Position numbers and translations under genes: made by a program. This document shows positions 14,469-26,500 of a DNA stretch of 64,000 bases, one piece after another. The notes under the pieces were generated by a model. It was not told the DNA's origin. It saw only the letters and a list, made by a program, of their open reading frames with translations, and did not search any database. Positions within the stretch are counted from its first letter, which is position 1. Each line of letters begins with the position of its first letter. Source of the DNA: Asterias rubens (taxonomy: Eukaryota); contig NC_047071.1 of assembly GCF_902459465.1 (NCBI RefSeq), forward strand, positions 19,096,001-19,160,000, read 5' to 3'.

Positions 14469-14918
14469 TCTGGTGGTCACTTGTCAGTTACCTAATAAGC
14501 TGCGGCCAAAAGTCTCTCCTCGATGTTAACAGTGAGCTCAAGAGTGACCTGATCTCCATAAAAGAGCAAGCCTTGCAACCTTTGAATATAAATAACCAAC
14601 AAAGAGTGAAAAGCAATCACAATCTCACCTGTACTTGTTTGAAGTTGTACATACGTATCAACATGACAAAATTCACTTTTTATTTTGACACTATAACTTC
14701 CCTGAACCTTTAATTGTCCGATTACGACTAAATCTATAAATGGACCCCATTTTTATTTTCTATCCAGTGTCACTTGTTTTTTGTGACTACCTGTTTTTTT
14801 TTTACAGAGGTCCTCAAATCAAAAAGAGAAGACATTATTTAAAGAAAATATATGTTACTTGTACTATGTTTAGTATAGTTTTAGTTCATATAGTTAGGTG
14901 TAACAAAACATACCTTAA

Positions 14919-15773
14919 AGGCAGTGGACACTATTGGTAAAATAATTAGCATACACCCTTTCTTGGGGAGGAGTAATGGGGAGAGGTTGATGGTATAAAA
15001 CATGGTGAGAAACGGCTCCCTCTGAAGTGACGTAGTTTTCGAAAAAGAAGTAATTTTCCACGAATTTGATTTTGAGACGTCAAGTTTAGAACTTGAGGTC
15101 TCAAAATCAACCATCTAAACGTGGTCCTACTACTTGCCGTCAACTCGCCGACTTGCCGTCAACTCGCCGACTTGCCGTCAACTCATTTTCGTGCAGTCAA
15201 CTCATTAAATTTACATGAAAAACTTATAAATGGGACACGGAAGTGTTAAGTCTGGGCTAAACTACATATTTCTCATGGTTTTCGGTAAAAATTCATTCAC
15301 AAAAACGACTTTGTGTTGATAAAAAAAAGGACCAATCATTGACATCTTGGGCCAAGACTAATCAATGTGAAAAAGCAAGATGGTGGCCGACGGTTTTGCT
15401 GTTTCGAGATAATTTTTTCACAAGAAAAAAAACTCAATTTTTATTCCGAAATATGACCTAAAACTTTCGCGAATTCTCTTTGAGCTGATACTTTACAGTT
15501 CTATGCTTCTTTTGTGGGTTTTAAATGTATATTGGAGGTGTTGACGGCGAGTTGACGGCGCAAGTGAGTTGACGGCGAGTTGACGGCAAGTAGTAGGACC
15601 CTCTAAACGCACACAACTTTGTGTGACTAGGGTGTTTTTTCTGTCATTATTTTCTCACAAGTTCGATGATCGATTGAGCTCAAATTTTCACAGGTTTGTT
15701 ATTTTATGCATATGTTGAGACACATCAACTGTGAGGGCTAGTCTTTGACAATTACCGATAGTGTCCACTGCCT
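14919..15773. mobile_element. MITE family A copy interrupted by a nested element
   Basis: TTAA-flanked AGGCAGTGGACAC TIRs; the sequence matches 5472-5845 except for the insertion at 15122-15601. Confidence 0.85.
15122..15601. mobile_element. Nested TIR element with 8-bp TSD (hAT/Merlin-type MITE)
   Basis: TIR GGTCCTACTACTTGCCGTCAACTCGCC with subterminal tandem repeats of (C)TTGCCGTCAACTC; TCTAAACG is duplicated at 15114-15121 and 15602-15609, but single in uninterrupted family A copies. Confidence 0.85.
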
Positions 15774-16499
15774 TTAAGTCAAAATAAAATATTGATAAAA
15801 CTAAGCCAAGAATAACTAATTCAAGAGGCATGAAAAGGAACTTGGAAGCCAAATAAATTACTTTTATTTTAATAATAAAAAGCAGACCCATAAAAAGGAC
15901 CCAACGAAATGTAACGTTGCACAACTTTCATAATTAACATGTATTTAAAACACAAACATACACACAAACTTCAATAATTATTTATATAATATTAATAATT
16001 TTATTTATTAATAAATGAATGAGACTTGCTGGTGGTGTGTAACGTAACTTAGACAGAATCAATGGGAGTGCAAAGAACAAAATACTAACTAATCTGTAAA
16101 ATAAATAAATAAGGCCTTCAAACAACCAGTTGAAGGCCTCACAATTTACATGGATCAAGGTTACAAACACACTGTTTTTGTGTTACACAAACATCACGCA
16201 CGCACAAGGTGCATGCAGTGGAATGAATCTCCAGTGGAATAATGTTTCGTTGTACTGTCAACAAAATAAATTGATTTGGATTTTGTGGCCACTTCTAACA
16301 AATCGCCTCTAATTATTAGAGCTTCAGTACGATAATTCTTTTCGCCTGAGCAGAAATAGTCGCAGAACGATCTTACATTACCTGTGTCAATCAGGAAATC
16401 TAGGATGCAGTATCAACAGAATTGTTTGTCTTTATTTTGCCCGCAGTACACGATCTACGCTCTTTTCTCTCTGTGTGGAGACTATGCTGGCCTCGCTAA

Positions 16500-16860
16500 A
16501 TATTATGAAAATGTTTACATTCTAGAAAAGCATTATAAAAAATAATTGTAAAATTTAAACAAGCAAAAATAAACATTTACTAGTTTTTATTTTTTATTTT
16601 TTTTTTATATAATAAAATATCTTAAATGCTTGTTTTTGTAGACTACCTATGTGTTGTTTTTGTCAGTTACGTCAGTTTTTGTTGTCTCACGTGACACATG
16701 TGACAAGCGCCCACTCGTTAAAGAAAGATGGCGGCCTCCATGTCTCGATTAGAATGATTGCATTTTCTTTTTGTAATCAGTCAATAGCTATGAACAGCTT
16801 GCTCTACCTTTGTTTTGAATTCTTAGTTGTGTCTGAACACACAAGTTGACTTCTTAGACT
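16500..16860. promoter_or_regulatory. Candidate bidirectional promoter for CLPX and POLR3G
   Basis: Head-to-head genes; E-box/CLEAR-like TCACGTGAC at 16687-16695; YY1 consensus AAGATGGCGGC at 16725-16735; a minus-strand donor (CAG|gtaatg at 16382) suggests a non-coding first CLPX exon. Confidence 0.55.
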
Positions 16861-16868
16861 GCTGAGTA

Positions 16869-19800
16869 ATGGCAGGGCGTGGTCGAGGAAGGGGAAGAGG
16901 AGGAGCGATCGCTTTTACAGCCGAAGTTTTGGGACTCGGACGTGGAGATTCTCTACCGCCCCCAACGTCTCAACCACCACCACATTTTCCAGTAAATAAA
17001 ATGAGACTTTACTTTTTCATTTACCATTATAATGATGATGTCGTTTTTTTAATCAATTTGTAAAAAAATCCTGATACTAGATAAGCCTAAGTAAATTGGT
17101 GCAATGCTGTAAGATATGGCAATAATGTTAATCGGAATTAGCTTCAAAATTCAACATAAACAAACTATTCACACTTAATACCTACGTACAGTGTTACACA
17201 GATGATTTCTCAGTCAAATTCAGAAGCTGTTTTTAGTACTAGTACAGTAGTGTTTACTTTTGAATTTTGGGTGTTTTCCATGATGTTGAGGCACAACTCT
17301 AGGAAAAGTTTCCGTATGGCGCCACCACTTTTTCATTCGATATGAAATAATATAGTATCTAATTTACCTCAATGAGATATCCCTTTTTGTAAAAAAGGGT
17401 GAACAAGTGGTGGCGCCATACGGAAAATTATCCCAACTCTAGTCTAGTCGAGGGTAGTAAATTTCATTAGATGCCAAGGCTTGATTTAGTGGTTGATGAA
17501 GTGCTGTAAGTGCATGTTCGAATTGAAGGTGTGTATTTCAATCATAGTAGGCCTACATTATCATCGGTAAATTTATTGTATGCGGTACATACACATAGAA
17601 AATAAACATTATGAAACTACTCGAGCTCAAGGGTGAAACAAACTATTTCATGAAGTGGCCATACCAATCATCTTGTATCCTTCTTTCCTGCAGCCCTTAG
17701 AGTTTCGCCCAGTGCCACTACCAACTGGAGAGGAATGGAGCTACATGTTGCTCTTAAAGCAGGAGTTTAGAGCCACAATGAAAGACTCTCCTTATTATAT
17801 CAAACCACAAGATAAAAAGAAAGGTAGCAATTTCACTGAACTTTTTTTTTTGCAAAATAAATATTTGTTTTCCCAATTAAAATTCATTCATCCATGAATG
17901 TCTCTTTTGCTGGGTTGTCAAGGCAGGCAATATGGGCAAAAAGAGCCACTCTGTGGAGATGAACTAGGTGGTCAATTGCTGCCAACAAGATGAAGACATC
18001 GACGGCTCAAACCATTCAGTTTGTCTTTCCCAGGTTGGTCTTTAAATTTGAAGACTTTTCAAGAATGTCTCTGTTTCTCAGATTACAATTTTATTTTCCA
18101 CTCTTGTGCCATTTTTCGTCTTCAGATATTGCAAGATATTCAGATAAGTACAGGCTGGGCAGTAACACGGACAACACCATCGGCTGGACGCCATACTGGA
18201 AGCACCTACCTAAAGAGCTTAGAATCCGAGTCAGGAAACCAGGAATGGCTACAACTTCAAGTATGAATCTAATCACTCCATAAGCCATTTGCTTAAAACA
18301 TAAAGGCAGTGGGCACTATTGGTAATTTTCAAAGACCAGTCTTCTCACTTGGTGTATCTCAACATATGCATAAAATAACAAACCTGTCAAAATTTGAGCT
18401 CAATCAGTTGCGAGATAATAATGAAAGAAAAAACGCCCCTGTCACAAGAAGTTGGGTGCTTTCAGATGCTTCATTTCGAGACCTCAAATTCTAAACTTGA
18501 GGTCTCAAAATCAAATTTGTGTAAAATTTTCTCTTTTTCGAAAACTACGTCACATCAGAGGGAGCCGTTTCTTACAATGTTTTATACTATCAACCTCTCC
18601 CCATTACTCGTTACCAAGTGAGGTTTTATGCTGATAATTATTTTGAGTAATTACCAATAGTGTCCACTGCCTTTAAGACATATCTTTTCCAACAGGCTTA
18701 TGAACATGAATTTTTTCTTTCCTCTTAGACCGGCACCTTTGAATGTTCTCACAGATAATGCTCTTCTTATTATTATTATTTGCATATTAGATTTTAATAT
18801 TGTCTGGTACAATGACGGGTTAAGTTGCCACTTAAATTTGAAATCATCAGACTATCAAGACAGTTGCTATGTCACATGATTTGGGGCAAGCTTTTGCGTA
18901 GTACTTTTTGTAAAACAAAACAAAACGTCCACAGATTTACATTAAACTTACATCGTTTGAAGATAATGCTGAGGTACTGTAGTTTTTGAGAAATGAGTAA
19001 ATCAATGTCATGAAAATATGTTTTTACATGCTAAAATAATTTTCTTCTCATGATCACTGAGACGAAAATAGCAAGTAATATTTTCAGGGAAGCTTTCTAC
19101 TATCATTATCTTCAAACTGTGTAAGTTTAATGTAAATCTGTGGACATTGTGTTTTTTGTCCTACAAAAAGTACATAGACCCTTTAAGAGACGATGAACAC
19201 CCATACACAGTTCTGACTGAATGTGGAAGGCCCAATGTTAGCAGGGTTTGCTCATCTTGAGGTTGCTTTACAAAGGCTTGCCCCAATTTGCTTTATGTTG
19301 GCTATTTCATGTGTTGTGTTGAATGCACATAATACATGATATCTACCTATATATCTTTAAGTCCTCGTCTTGTATTATTATTTTGATGTGTTTGTCAAAT
19401 GAACCCCTTTGCAAATACAGATTTACTTGTGACTCTATTTGTTAAATGTGATATTTTTATTATATTATGCAATGTAAGATATTTTTATTATATTGTTGCT
19501 GTTTTAATGTCTACGGTTCATGTATGTTTTAGTGCTATTTTTAATAACTGTATTTTAATGTGCAAATCGAGAAAGTGACTTTCATGACGGATAAAAATCT
19601 AATCTAATCTAATCTAATCTAATCTAAAGCTGCAATATTTAATTTGATATTATTGAATCTATTATTCTGATTTGTTGTTGACTTCTTGGTATTTTATACA
19701 CAAATGACAAATATTTTGAGAGTATTTGAATCTGTAACTTACATATTTTATCCAGAGTCTGCTGTTAAACCCAACTTACAAGCTGCCAAAAAGGTCACTA

Positions 19801-20615
19801 AAGAAGACGTAGAAGTAGTTACGAAACAACTGGCGGTAAGTGATCGTTATGTTTTCACTCATGCCACATTTCAGCTAATCAGGGTCCAATTTCTTACAAA
19901 AAAGGGCAATAGTTTTTCTGACAGGTTCTGAGACGGCATTTTGTTTTGCATTATGTTTATCATCACAGGAGTTGGAGAAGAAAGAAACGGAGACGGCGGC
20001 ATCCGGAGATGAGAAGCAAGATGAAGAAGAAGAAGAAGAGATTGAGGAAGAGGAATACTATGATGAAGAAGATCAGGAGGAGGTAAGCAAAGACACAAAC
20101 CAATATTTAGATCTGCCTTTTGTAATGTTTTGATATTTGTGGTGCTTTTAAAACTTGAGCGAGCAATGTAATTTCTTTTTTATGGAGGGTAATAAAGTTC
20201 TTCTGTCTATGTCCAAAACCTCATCATTTTCTTTGAATATTTTATGTGAGCATCCACAGACTCGTACTGCCAACATTCAAATCCGGGGTGGGGGGACTCA
20301 CAAGACCACATGGCTAGTAGTTCAATATATTTATTGGAAGGGAATCGTATCTTGGTACCATGACCAGACTTAAAATAAAAATGAAAAAATACAAATACAT
20401 TTTGTTCTGTCATCTCAGAACAATTGGATGGAAAGATCCTTTGTTTTCCAGATGATTTTCTTATAAGTAGTTCTAGTTATGGCTTAGATAATGAATTGTA
20501 TTTGCCTTATTTTGTCTTTATCCAGGGTACTGATTACATTATGTCATACTTTGATAACGGGGAGGAGGATATGAATGATGATGATGATGGACTAGATGAT
20601 GGACCTGTCTATTGA
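16869..20615 (+). CDS. POLR3G: DNA-directed RNA polymerase III subunit RPC7 (POLR3G/POLR3GL orthologue); exons 16869-16991, 17694-17823, 18126-18260, 19756-19835, 19969-20082, 20526-20615 (223 aa)
   Basis: N-terminal MAGRGRGRGRG...PPP.FP; YML.LKQEFR.TM; DIARYSDKY; W..LPKEL; acidic C-terminus with GTDYIMSYFDNGEE...DDGPVY*. Phases are consistent (672 nt). Confidence 0.95.
17302..17433. mobile_element. Short hairpin MITE with GG...CC termini and 8-bp TSD (Merlin-like)
   Basis: TIR GGAAAAGTTTCCGTATGGCGCCACCACTT; CAACTCTA is duplicated at 17294-17301 and 17434-17441. Confidence 0.75.
18304..18672. mobile_element. MITE family A copy (opposite orientation) in POLR3G intron 3
   Basis: AGGCAGTGGGCACTATTGG...CCAATAGTGTCCACTGCCT|TTAA; the interior is the reverse complement of 5472-5845. 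Confidence 0.85.
19596..19625 (+). repeat. (AATCT)6 microsatellite
   Basis: Seen directly in the sequence. Confidence 0.9.
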
Positions 20616-20617
20616 GC

Positions 20618-20830
20618 AATCTGATTGGTCAACAATGCAATAGCCACGCCTCGTATCAGTCAGAGGTTCTGATTGGATCATTTCCTGATTGGGCTTGATG
20701 ATGCATCAATCTGATTGGTCAAACTAAGCAATAGCCACACCAACTCGTATCAGTCAGAGGTTCTGATTGGATCATGGTGACAATACTGCCTGATTGGGCT
20801 TGATGATACATCGATCTGATTGGTCAAACT
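20618..20830 (+). repeat. About 2.3 copies of a ~100-bp tandem repeat in the POLR3G 3' UTR, carrying 7 CTGATTGG (reverse CCAAT-box) motifs
   Basis: The unit TCTGATTGGTCAA..GCAATAGCCAC..CTCGTATCAGTCAGAGGTTCTGATTGGATCAT..CCTGATTGGGCTTGATGAT is repeated. Confidence 0.85.
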
Positions 20831-21669
20831 GAGCATTGGGAATTCTTCATACATCTATCGGAGATTCTGAATGGATGGAAGTGGCCAAAATACTTCAGCC
20901 AAAGCAGCAAGGACTCTGATTTGATGTCCCCACAAATCGGGAATGCTGATTGAACAGATCCAACGGTCCCTGTACTTGGAAAAGAAGTGGACTGACTTCT
21001 TTAGCTGAACTCGGAAATTGACAATGTGATAGAGATGTTCTTGTGTAAAGAAAGACCACCACACAACAAGACTTGGTTTCAAAAGTGCAGTTAAATAAAA
21101 AATTCCTACAATGTAAACTGCTCACAAAAAGTAAGGAAACTTTTTACAATCCAGTATATTTGTTATTATTTAATACTCTCTTTGTATATGGTATATATCA
21201 ATGCAAAGCTTAACTGTTCCTCTTTCAAACATAGTTGTGACCAGAAATATTGTATTTATATTGTAATGATCAATAAATTTGTACTTTTGACAAGTCAACG
21301 GTTATTGATGTGTAATTAAGTTGTTTGAATCTCACCATGGGAGATCTGACACCTGGGTTTTGGTAACAGTTAATCGCGTACGTGTTTATTTACAAACGGC
21401 AAAGTTTGATGGATTCTTCTACAGACTGCTGTCATCTACTCCTGTAGACAAAAACAACCAAAAGAAGCCAGTGTTAATAACTATAACTTGCATATGACGT
21501 CAAAAGCTCAAAGAGCGCCCTCACTAAGGTCAAAAGAACACCGATATACGTCTTGCGACATCCGGTTTGTCCTTACGCGTTAGCGTCCTCATAAAACGAC
21601 GCATTTGATCTTTTATTTTGTGAAACCCCTATTAAAAATCTATGCCCGATTGTGAAACTACTAAAAGCC

Positions 21670-21835
21670 GGCTTAGTCGCGGACGCGCGAGGGGCGTTTG
21701 GTTAACGCGTGAAATTTAAGCAGTGGGAAGCCGACGCCTAAAACGACAAACTAAAAGGCTTTTCTCGCCGCGCCACCAAAACAAGCTTCTGGGTAAGTTT
21801 CGGATCGGAAATGAGCACAAATTCTTAAAGATTTT
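21670..21835 (+). promoter_or_regulatory. CpG-rich promoter-like or first-exon-like module with a splice donor (CTGG|gtaagt at 21792/21793); inverted copy at 26400-26578
   Basis: TCGCGGACGCG...GGAAGCCGACGCCTAAA(A)CGAC...CCAAAACAAGCTTCTG(G/C)GTAAGTTTCG...GCACAAATTCTTAA is present in both orientations. Confidence 0.45.
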
Positions 21836-23185
21836 CAAGTAACCTGACCTAAGGTCAAGTTCATATTATATCGGTATCGCTTCGTCATTTTGTTAAATTT
21901 ATTTGTATACTTTTGTGTATGTTGTTATTAATGCCACTCTAAAGGACCAAAGTATGATTAGGTGCGAGTTGTGCGACGTGGCACAAACAAGCAAATAGGT
22001 ACCTGTCATGTCGCACAACTCGCACACAATAATGTATCGCACTAAGCAATGTATGTATTACAATGTGGTTCTATATCGGTGGAAATGTTTTGTGGAAATA
22101 AATGAATTTAATTGAATTTATTTGAATAATACTTTTGATCCTCGGGGCATACTTGGCCTATCAAAAGTATTATTGGGTTTCGAGTTGTGCGACGTGGCAC
22201 GTACCCGTTTCCTTGTTTCCATTGACTTCTGATTGAACTTAAAGCAACATTTTCAATGAGTTTCGATATTAAATGTCAAATTAGAAATCGGTGTATAGTT
22301 CTTGAGATTGTTCAAGTAACCTGACCTGATGTCAAGTTTAAATATCGGTTTGTCTTCGTTGTTTTGTAAAATTTATTTGTTACTTTTGTGTATGTTGTTA
22401 ATAATGCCACTCTAAAGGAACAAAGTATGATTAGGTGCGAGTTGTGCGACGTGGCACAAACAAGCAAATAGGTACCTGTCATGTCGCACAACTCGCACAC
22501 AATAATGTATCGCACTAAGCAATGTATGTATTACAATGTGGTTCTATATCGGTGGAAATGTTTTGTGGAAATAAATGAATTTAATTGAATTTATTTGAAT
22601 AATACTTTTGATCCTCGGGGCATACTTGGCCTATCAAAAGTATTATTGGGTTTCGAGTTGTGCGACGTGGCACGTACCCGTTTCCTTGTTTCCATTGACT
22701 TCTGATTGAACTTAAAGCAACATTTTCAATGAGTTTCGATATTAAATGTCAAATTAGAAATCGGTGTATAGTTCTTGAGATTGTTCAAGTAACCTGACCT
22801 GATGTCAAGTTTAAATATCGGTTTGTCTTCGTTGTTTTGTAAAATTTATTTGTTACTTTTGTGTATGTTGTTAATAATGCCACTCTAAAGGAACAAAGTA
22901 TGATTAGGTGCGAGTTGTGCGACGTGGCACAAACAAGCAAATAGGTACCTGTCACGTCGCACAACTCGCACACAGTAATGTATCGCACTAAGCAATGTAT
23001 GTATTACAATGTGGTTTTATAATATTGTTGAGATGTTTTGTGGAAATAAATGTATTGAATTGAATTAAAATTGAATAACACTTTTGATCCTCGGGGCATA
23101 CTTGACCTATATCAAAAGTATTTTTTGGGTGCGAGTTGTGTGACGTGGCACGTACCCGTTTGCTTGTTTCAATTGACTTCGGATT
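21836..23185 (+). repeat. Tandem array of about 2.8 copies of a 473-477-bp unit
   Basis: CAAGTAACCTGACC recurs at 21836, 22313 and 22786; identical 67-aa ORFs lie 473 bp apart; each unit contains the hairpin GTGCGAGTTGTGCGAC...GTCGCACAACTCGCAC. Confidence 0.95.
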
Positions 23186-23524
23186 TAGGCTTCAGGCCCC
23201 GTCTTCTCGTCTGAAGCCCTGAGAAGCCCATACGCAAAGCACACGCAATTGTCAAAACAACCGCGGGGCCAAGCTAGCCTAAGCCGAATATGGAGCCAGA
23301 GCCGTTGATTCGAAAAGGGCGTGCCAGTGCTTACTGGTGGTACCACCTCTCGGGCCGCGCACAATCCTGGCAGCCTTTAAAACCCATGCGTTTTCGCTAA
23401 ATTCACTACTTGTGTTCCTTCCCAGTGTAACGTCACATCGTAAAGTCACATTGCAGCAAACCCGGGCCACAGCTTACAGCAAGAACTCTCCACAAAGCTC
23501 TTGTTAGAAACCACCTGCATCACC

Positions 23525-26500
23525 ATGGCCAGTAAGTATTCACTTCAAAATAAATGGAGTGTAAGTTATGGAGGACGAAAAGTGGCCAATCAGAATAGCA
23601 GAAAGGCAGATTTTACGTTGTTTTTTTGTACGAGTTTTTCTTTTTTTCTGCTTTTCCGCTACCTGAAAAGCAGATTGAATTTTTTGTGAAAATGCATTTT
23701 CTTCTTTTCTATTATTTTGTCTGTTACCAGAAAAGCATGTTTTACTTTATCTCCAAATGCTGGCGGACTAAAAGTGGCCATTCGTTTTTTTTTTATTTTT
23801 TTTTTTTTACTAGGACAGCCCATGAAGGTTTTGGTTTATTGAACACATCCAAACGTGTCCACAAGGGAAACTGACCGACGTGTTTTTTGTAATGGGAGAA
23901 TCTTATTGGATGTAGTCGTGAACCCTCCACCGGCGTGTACAAAAGTGATTCTTCCAGTACGTACCAACTGACTGACGTGCAATGTAGGCTTATATGCGAT
24001 TGGTTCCCAAACACAAAACACACTTTCTGCACTCGTACAGTAGGCTCTACATCAGTGTGCGCGTGTTATAATGGTTCACGTTCACGGGTGGTCCTTTAAA
24101 CGCAAAAACGCATTGATGGCCACTTTTCGGTCACCTAGATAAAATATGATTTTCCGGTGTCCGAAAGGAGAAAAGAGGATGGCCACTTCTCGGCCGCCTG
24201 TGTAAAATCTGCTTTTCAGTTGGCAGAAAAGCAGAGAAACAGAAAATTGCATTTTCACGAAACGTTAAATCTGCTTTTCTACTTTCCTGGTAGCAGAAAA
24301 GCAAACGGCCACTTTTCGTCCGCCAGCATAAGGAGATAAAGTAAAACCTGCTTTTTGGTAACAGACAATTAGAAAACTACAAAATGCATTTTCGCAAACC
24401 GTTCAATCTGCTTATGTAGAAAAGGAGAACAATTCATAAAACCCATACAATCTGCTTTTCTGTTCTTTTCTGCTAACAGAAAAGCAGCGCAGATGGCCAC
24501 TTTTCGTCCCCCATATTATGATATACTACTGTTGATCACTGACCACAAATATTTGCAACTAAATAGAAACCGAATCATCTTGAAACGGTACTTGTCTTAG
24601 GTGAATTAGGGTAAAAGGACGCGAAAACTGCATAATAGTTCGAGACATGCACATGCACGAACATGTCCCCGTTCGCCCCGCTCGCGAGTTGCGATCAAAA
24701 CTTTCAATATGACGGCGATTTGTACAGCAGTAATAGGCAAACGCAGTCAACAACCGCTAGATTGCGGCCGTGATTTCTCATGTAATTATTGATGCAGGGT
24801 TATGATTTTTGGTTTAAACATTACTTTTGTTCAATTTAAAACACTTTTCATGTTTTTTTATCACTGTAAGTTCGGACCCAAGGGCAAATTAGAGAAAGCT
24901 TAACGCTGCTGTTTGGATGCACTAACACATGTTATTAAGAGATCACCCCCACCTCCCCCACCCCTAAAAAAACACAAACAATTGCTCATACACCAAGCTA
25001 AATTAAAGGTTACCAATCGTTTTATTTTATTTTCGGTGTTTTTTTATTTTTATTATTCATAATTCACGTACAAACAGCATTTTCTTAAATCATTACAATA
25101 TCAACAGTCAGTTACAATATTTTTCATTTAATTGTTATAATTTTTAATGTGTGAATTCTGAGTCAAATAAACTTTAAACTTTAAATTTAAAGTTGCAATT
25201 TTAGAATATAAAGAAACACCATGTACATAAATTAAAATACTGTTAGGCAAAAATTCTTACTGGCACCCAAACAAAATATACCACCAAAATAGGCCTAGAT
25301 AGCTCAGTTGGTAGAGAGCCGGTACGGAGGTTCAAGTCCCACTCAGGTCATTTTTGCCTTGTTCAAGCCCAAATCATTAAAACTTTACCAAGTAATGTTT
25401 TTACTTGAACTTAAATTTTATTACAAACTACATGGATTCACAGGGGAATTTGAGCATAATCTTTCCATTTACAATGCTTTACAGTAATTGAACGCTGATC
25501 CAAAATGGGTAGCACTTTTACGGTAATGAACTGAGGGGTTCCTATTTTGAAAGATGAACTTTGATTTGAAACATTAAAATGTTACTTTGTTAAAAAAAAA
25601 AATATTTTTTAAATGAGGCATTAAGCTTTGTGTAGTGTCTCTTCCTTGCTGAATAAAGGAGAAAAACAGCTCAAAGAAGTTGTCTCACCTCACATGCCAT
25701 TGATCTGTTGGATAAAACAAAAATATGAAAATAAAATTCTTTTGAAAATATAAGACCGTGTTTAAAATGAAAGGGTAGTGGTTATTAATTAAAAGGTAAC
25801 CACAGAAAATTAACTTCAACTTATTGTAAACTAAAGATGGAATTTGGAGGAGGAAACAGGGGCAGGGAAATGCTTTTTTACAAACAATTCATAAGGAAAA
25901 TTGGATAAAATAACATTTTGCAGCCTCATGATGTTGGAAAATTTATCCAAAATACATATTTTGAAAAGTGTTTTCCCTTTGTTTACCACCTGTGGTAAAA
26001 AGAAAGAGAACAGTTACGAAATTTTAGGCTACTTAGAAAACTGTGGGTGATTAACACACATTATATTCATGTAGTAAAGCCCAAGTCCTTCATTGCGGTA
26101 ACAATTCCTTTTTATAATTGACCGAATGGTTTACAGAATTGGTTTACACCGAGTGGCTGTTTAATCAGACAATGTTCTTGAAACAAGAGGAATCCCTAAC
26201 CAACGGAATGTTTTTTTTGTTTTTTTGGGGGGGGGTCGCCAAAGTTTCTTACTTTTACTATAGCGGCGCTGTAGACAGCTTTCTTATAAATCAATTATGT
26301 TTGCAAAACCTGACAGCAATGTTGGATCACCCTCCTGCTCACCTCCAAAAAGGGGAACACACTCTTTGGCCCTCCAATGACTCTAGGAACTGGTGATGAT
26401 TTTAAAAAATTAAGAATTTGTGCCCATCTCCGATCACGAAACTTACGCAGAAGCTTGTTTTGGTCGCGCGACGTGAAAAACCTTTTTATTGGTCGTTTAG

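Noticed and set aside
14629-14727. 99-nt open, phase-compatible minus-strand segment as an extra CLPX coding exon
   Set aside because: It lies upstream of an ATG exon that has an in-frame upstream stop, its acceptor is weak, and it has no CLPX similarity. At most it is 5' UTR.
20680-20820. Box C/D snoRNA (TGATGA ... CTGA motifs)
   Set aside because: The motifs are parts of a tandem repeat in a 3' UTR, spaced too closely, with no terminal stem or recognisable guide.
21836-23185. CRISPR-like array
   Set aside because: The units are 473 bp with no unique spacers and no cas genes, in a eukaryotic context.
25291-25345. tRNA gene
   Set aside because: It has A and B boxes but no anticodon arm and no closed acceptor stem, so it is a SINE head.
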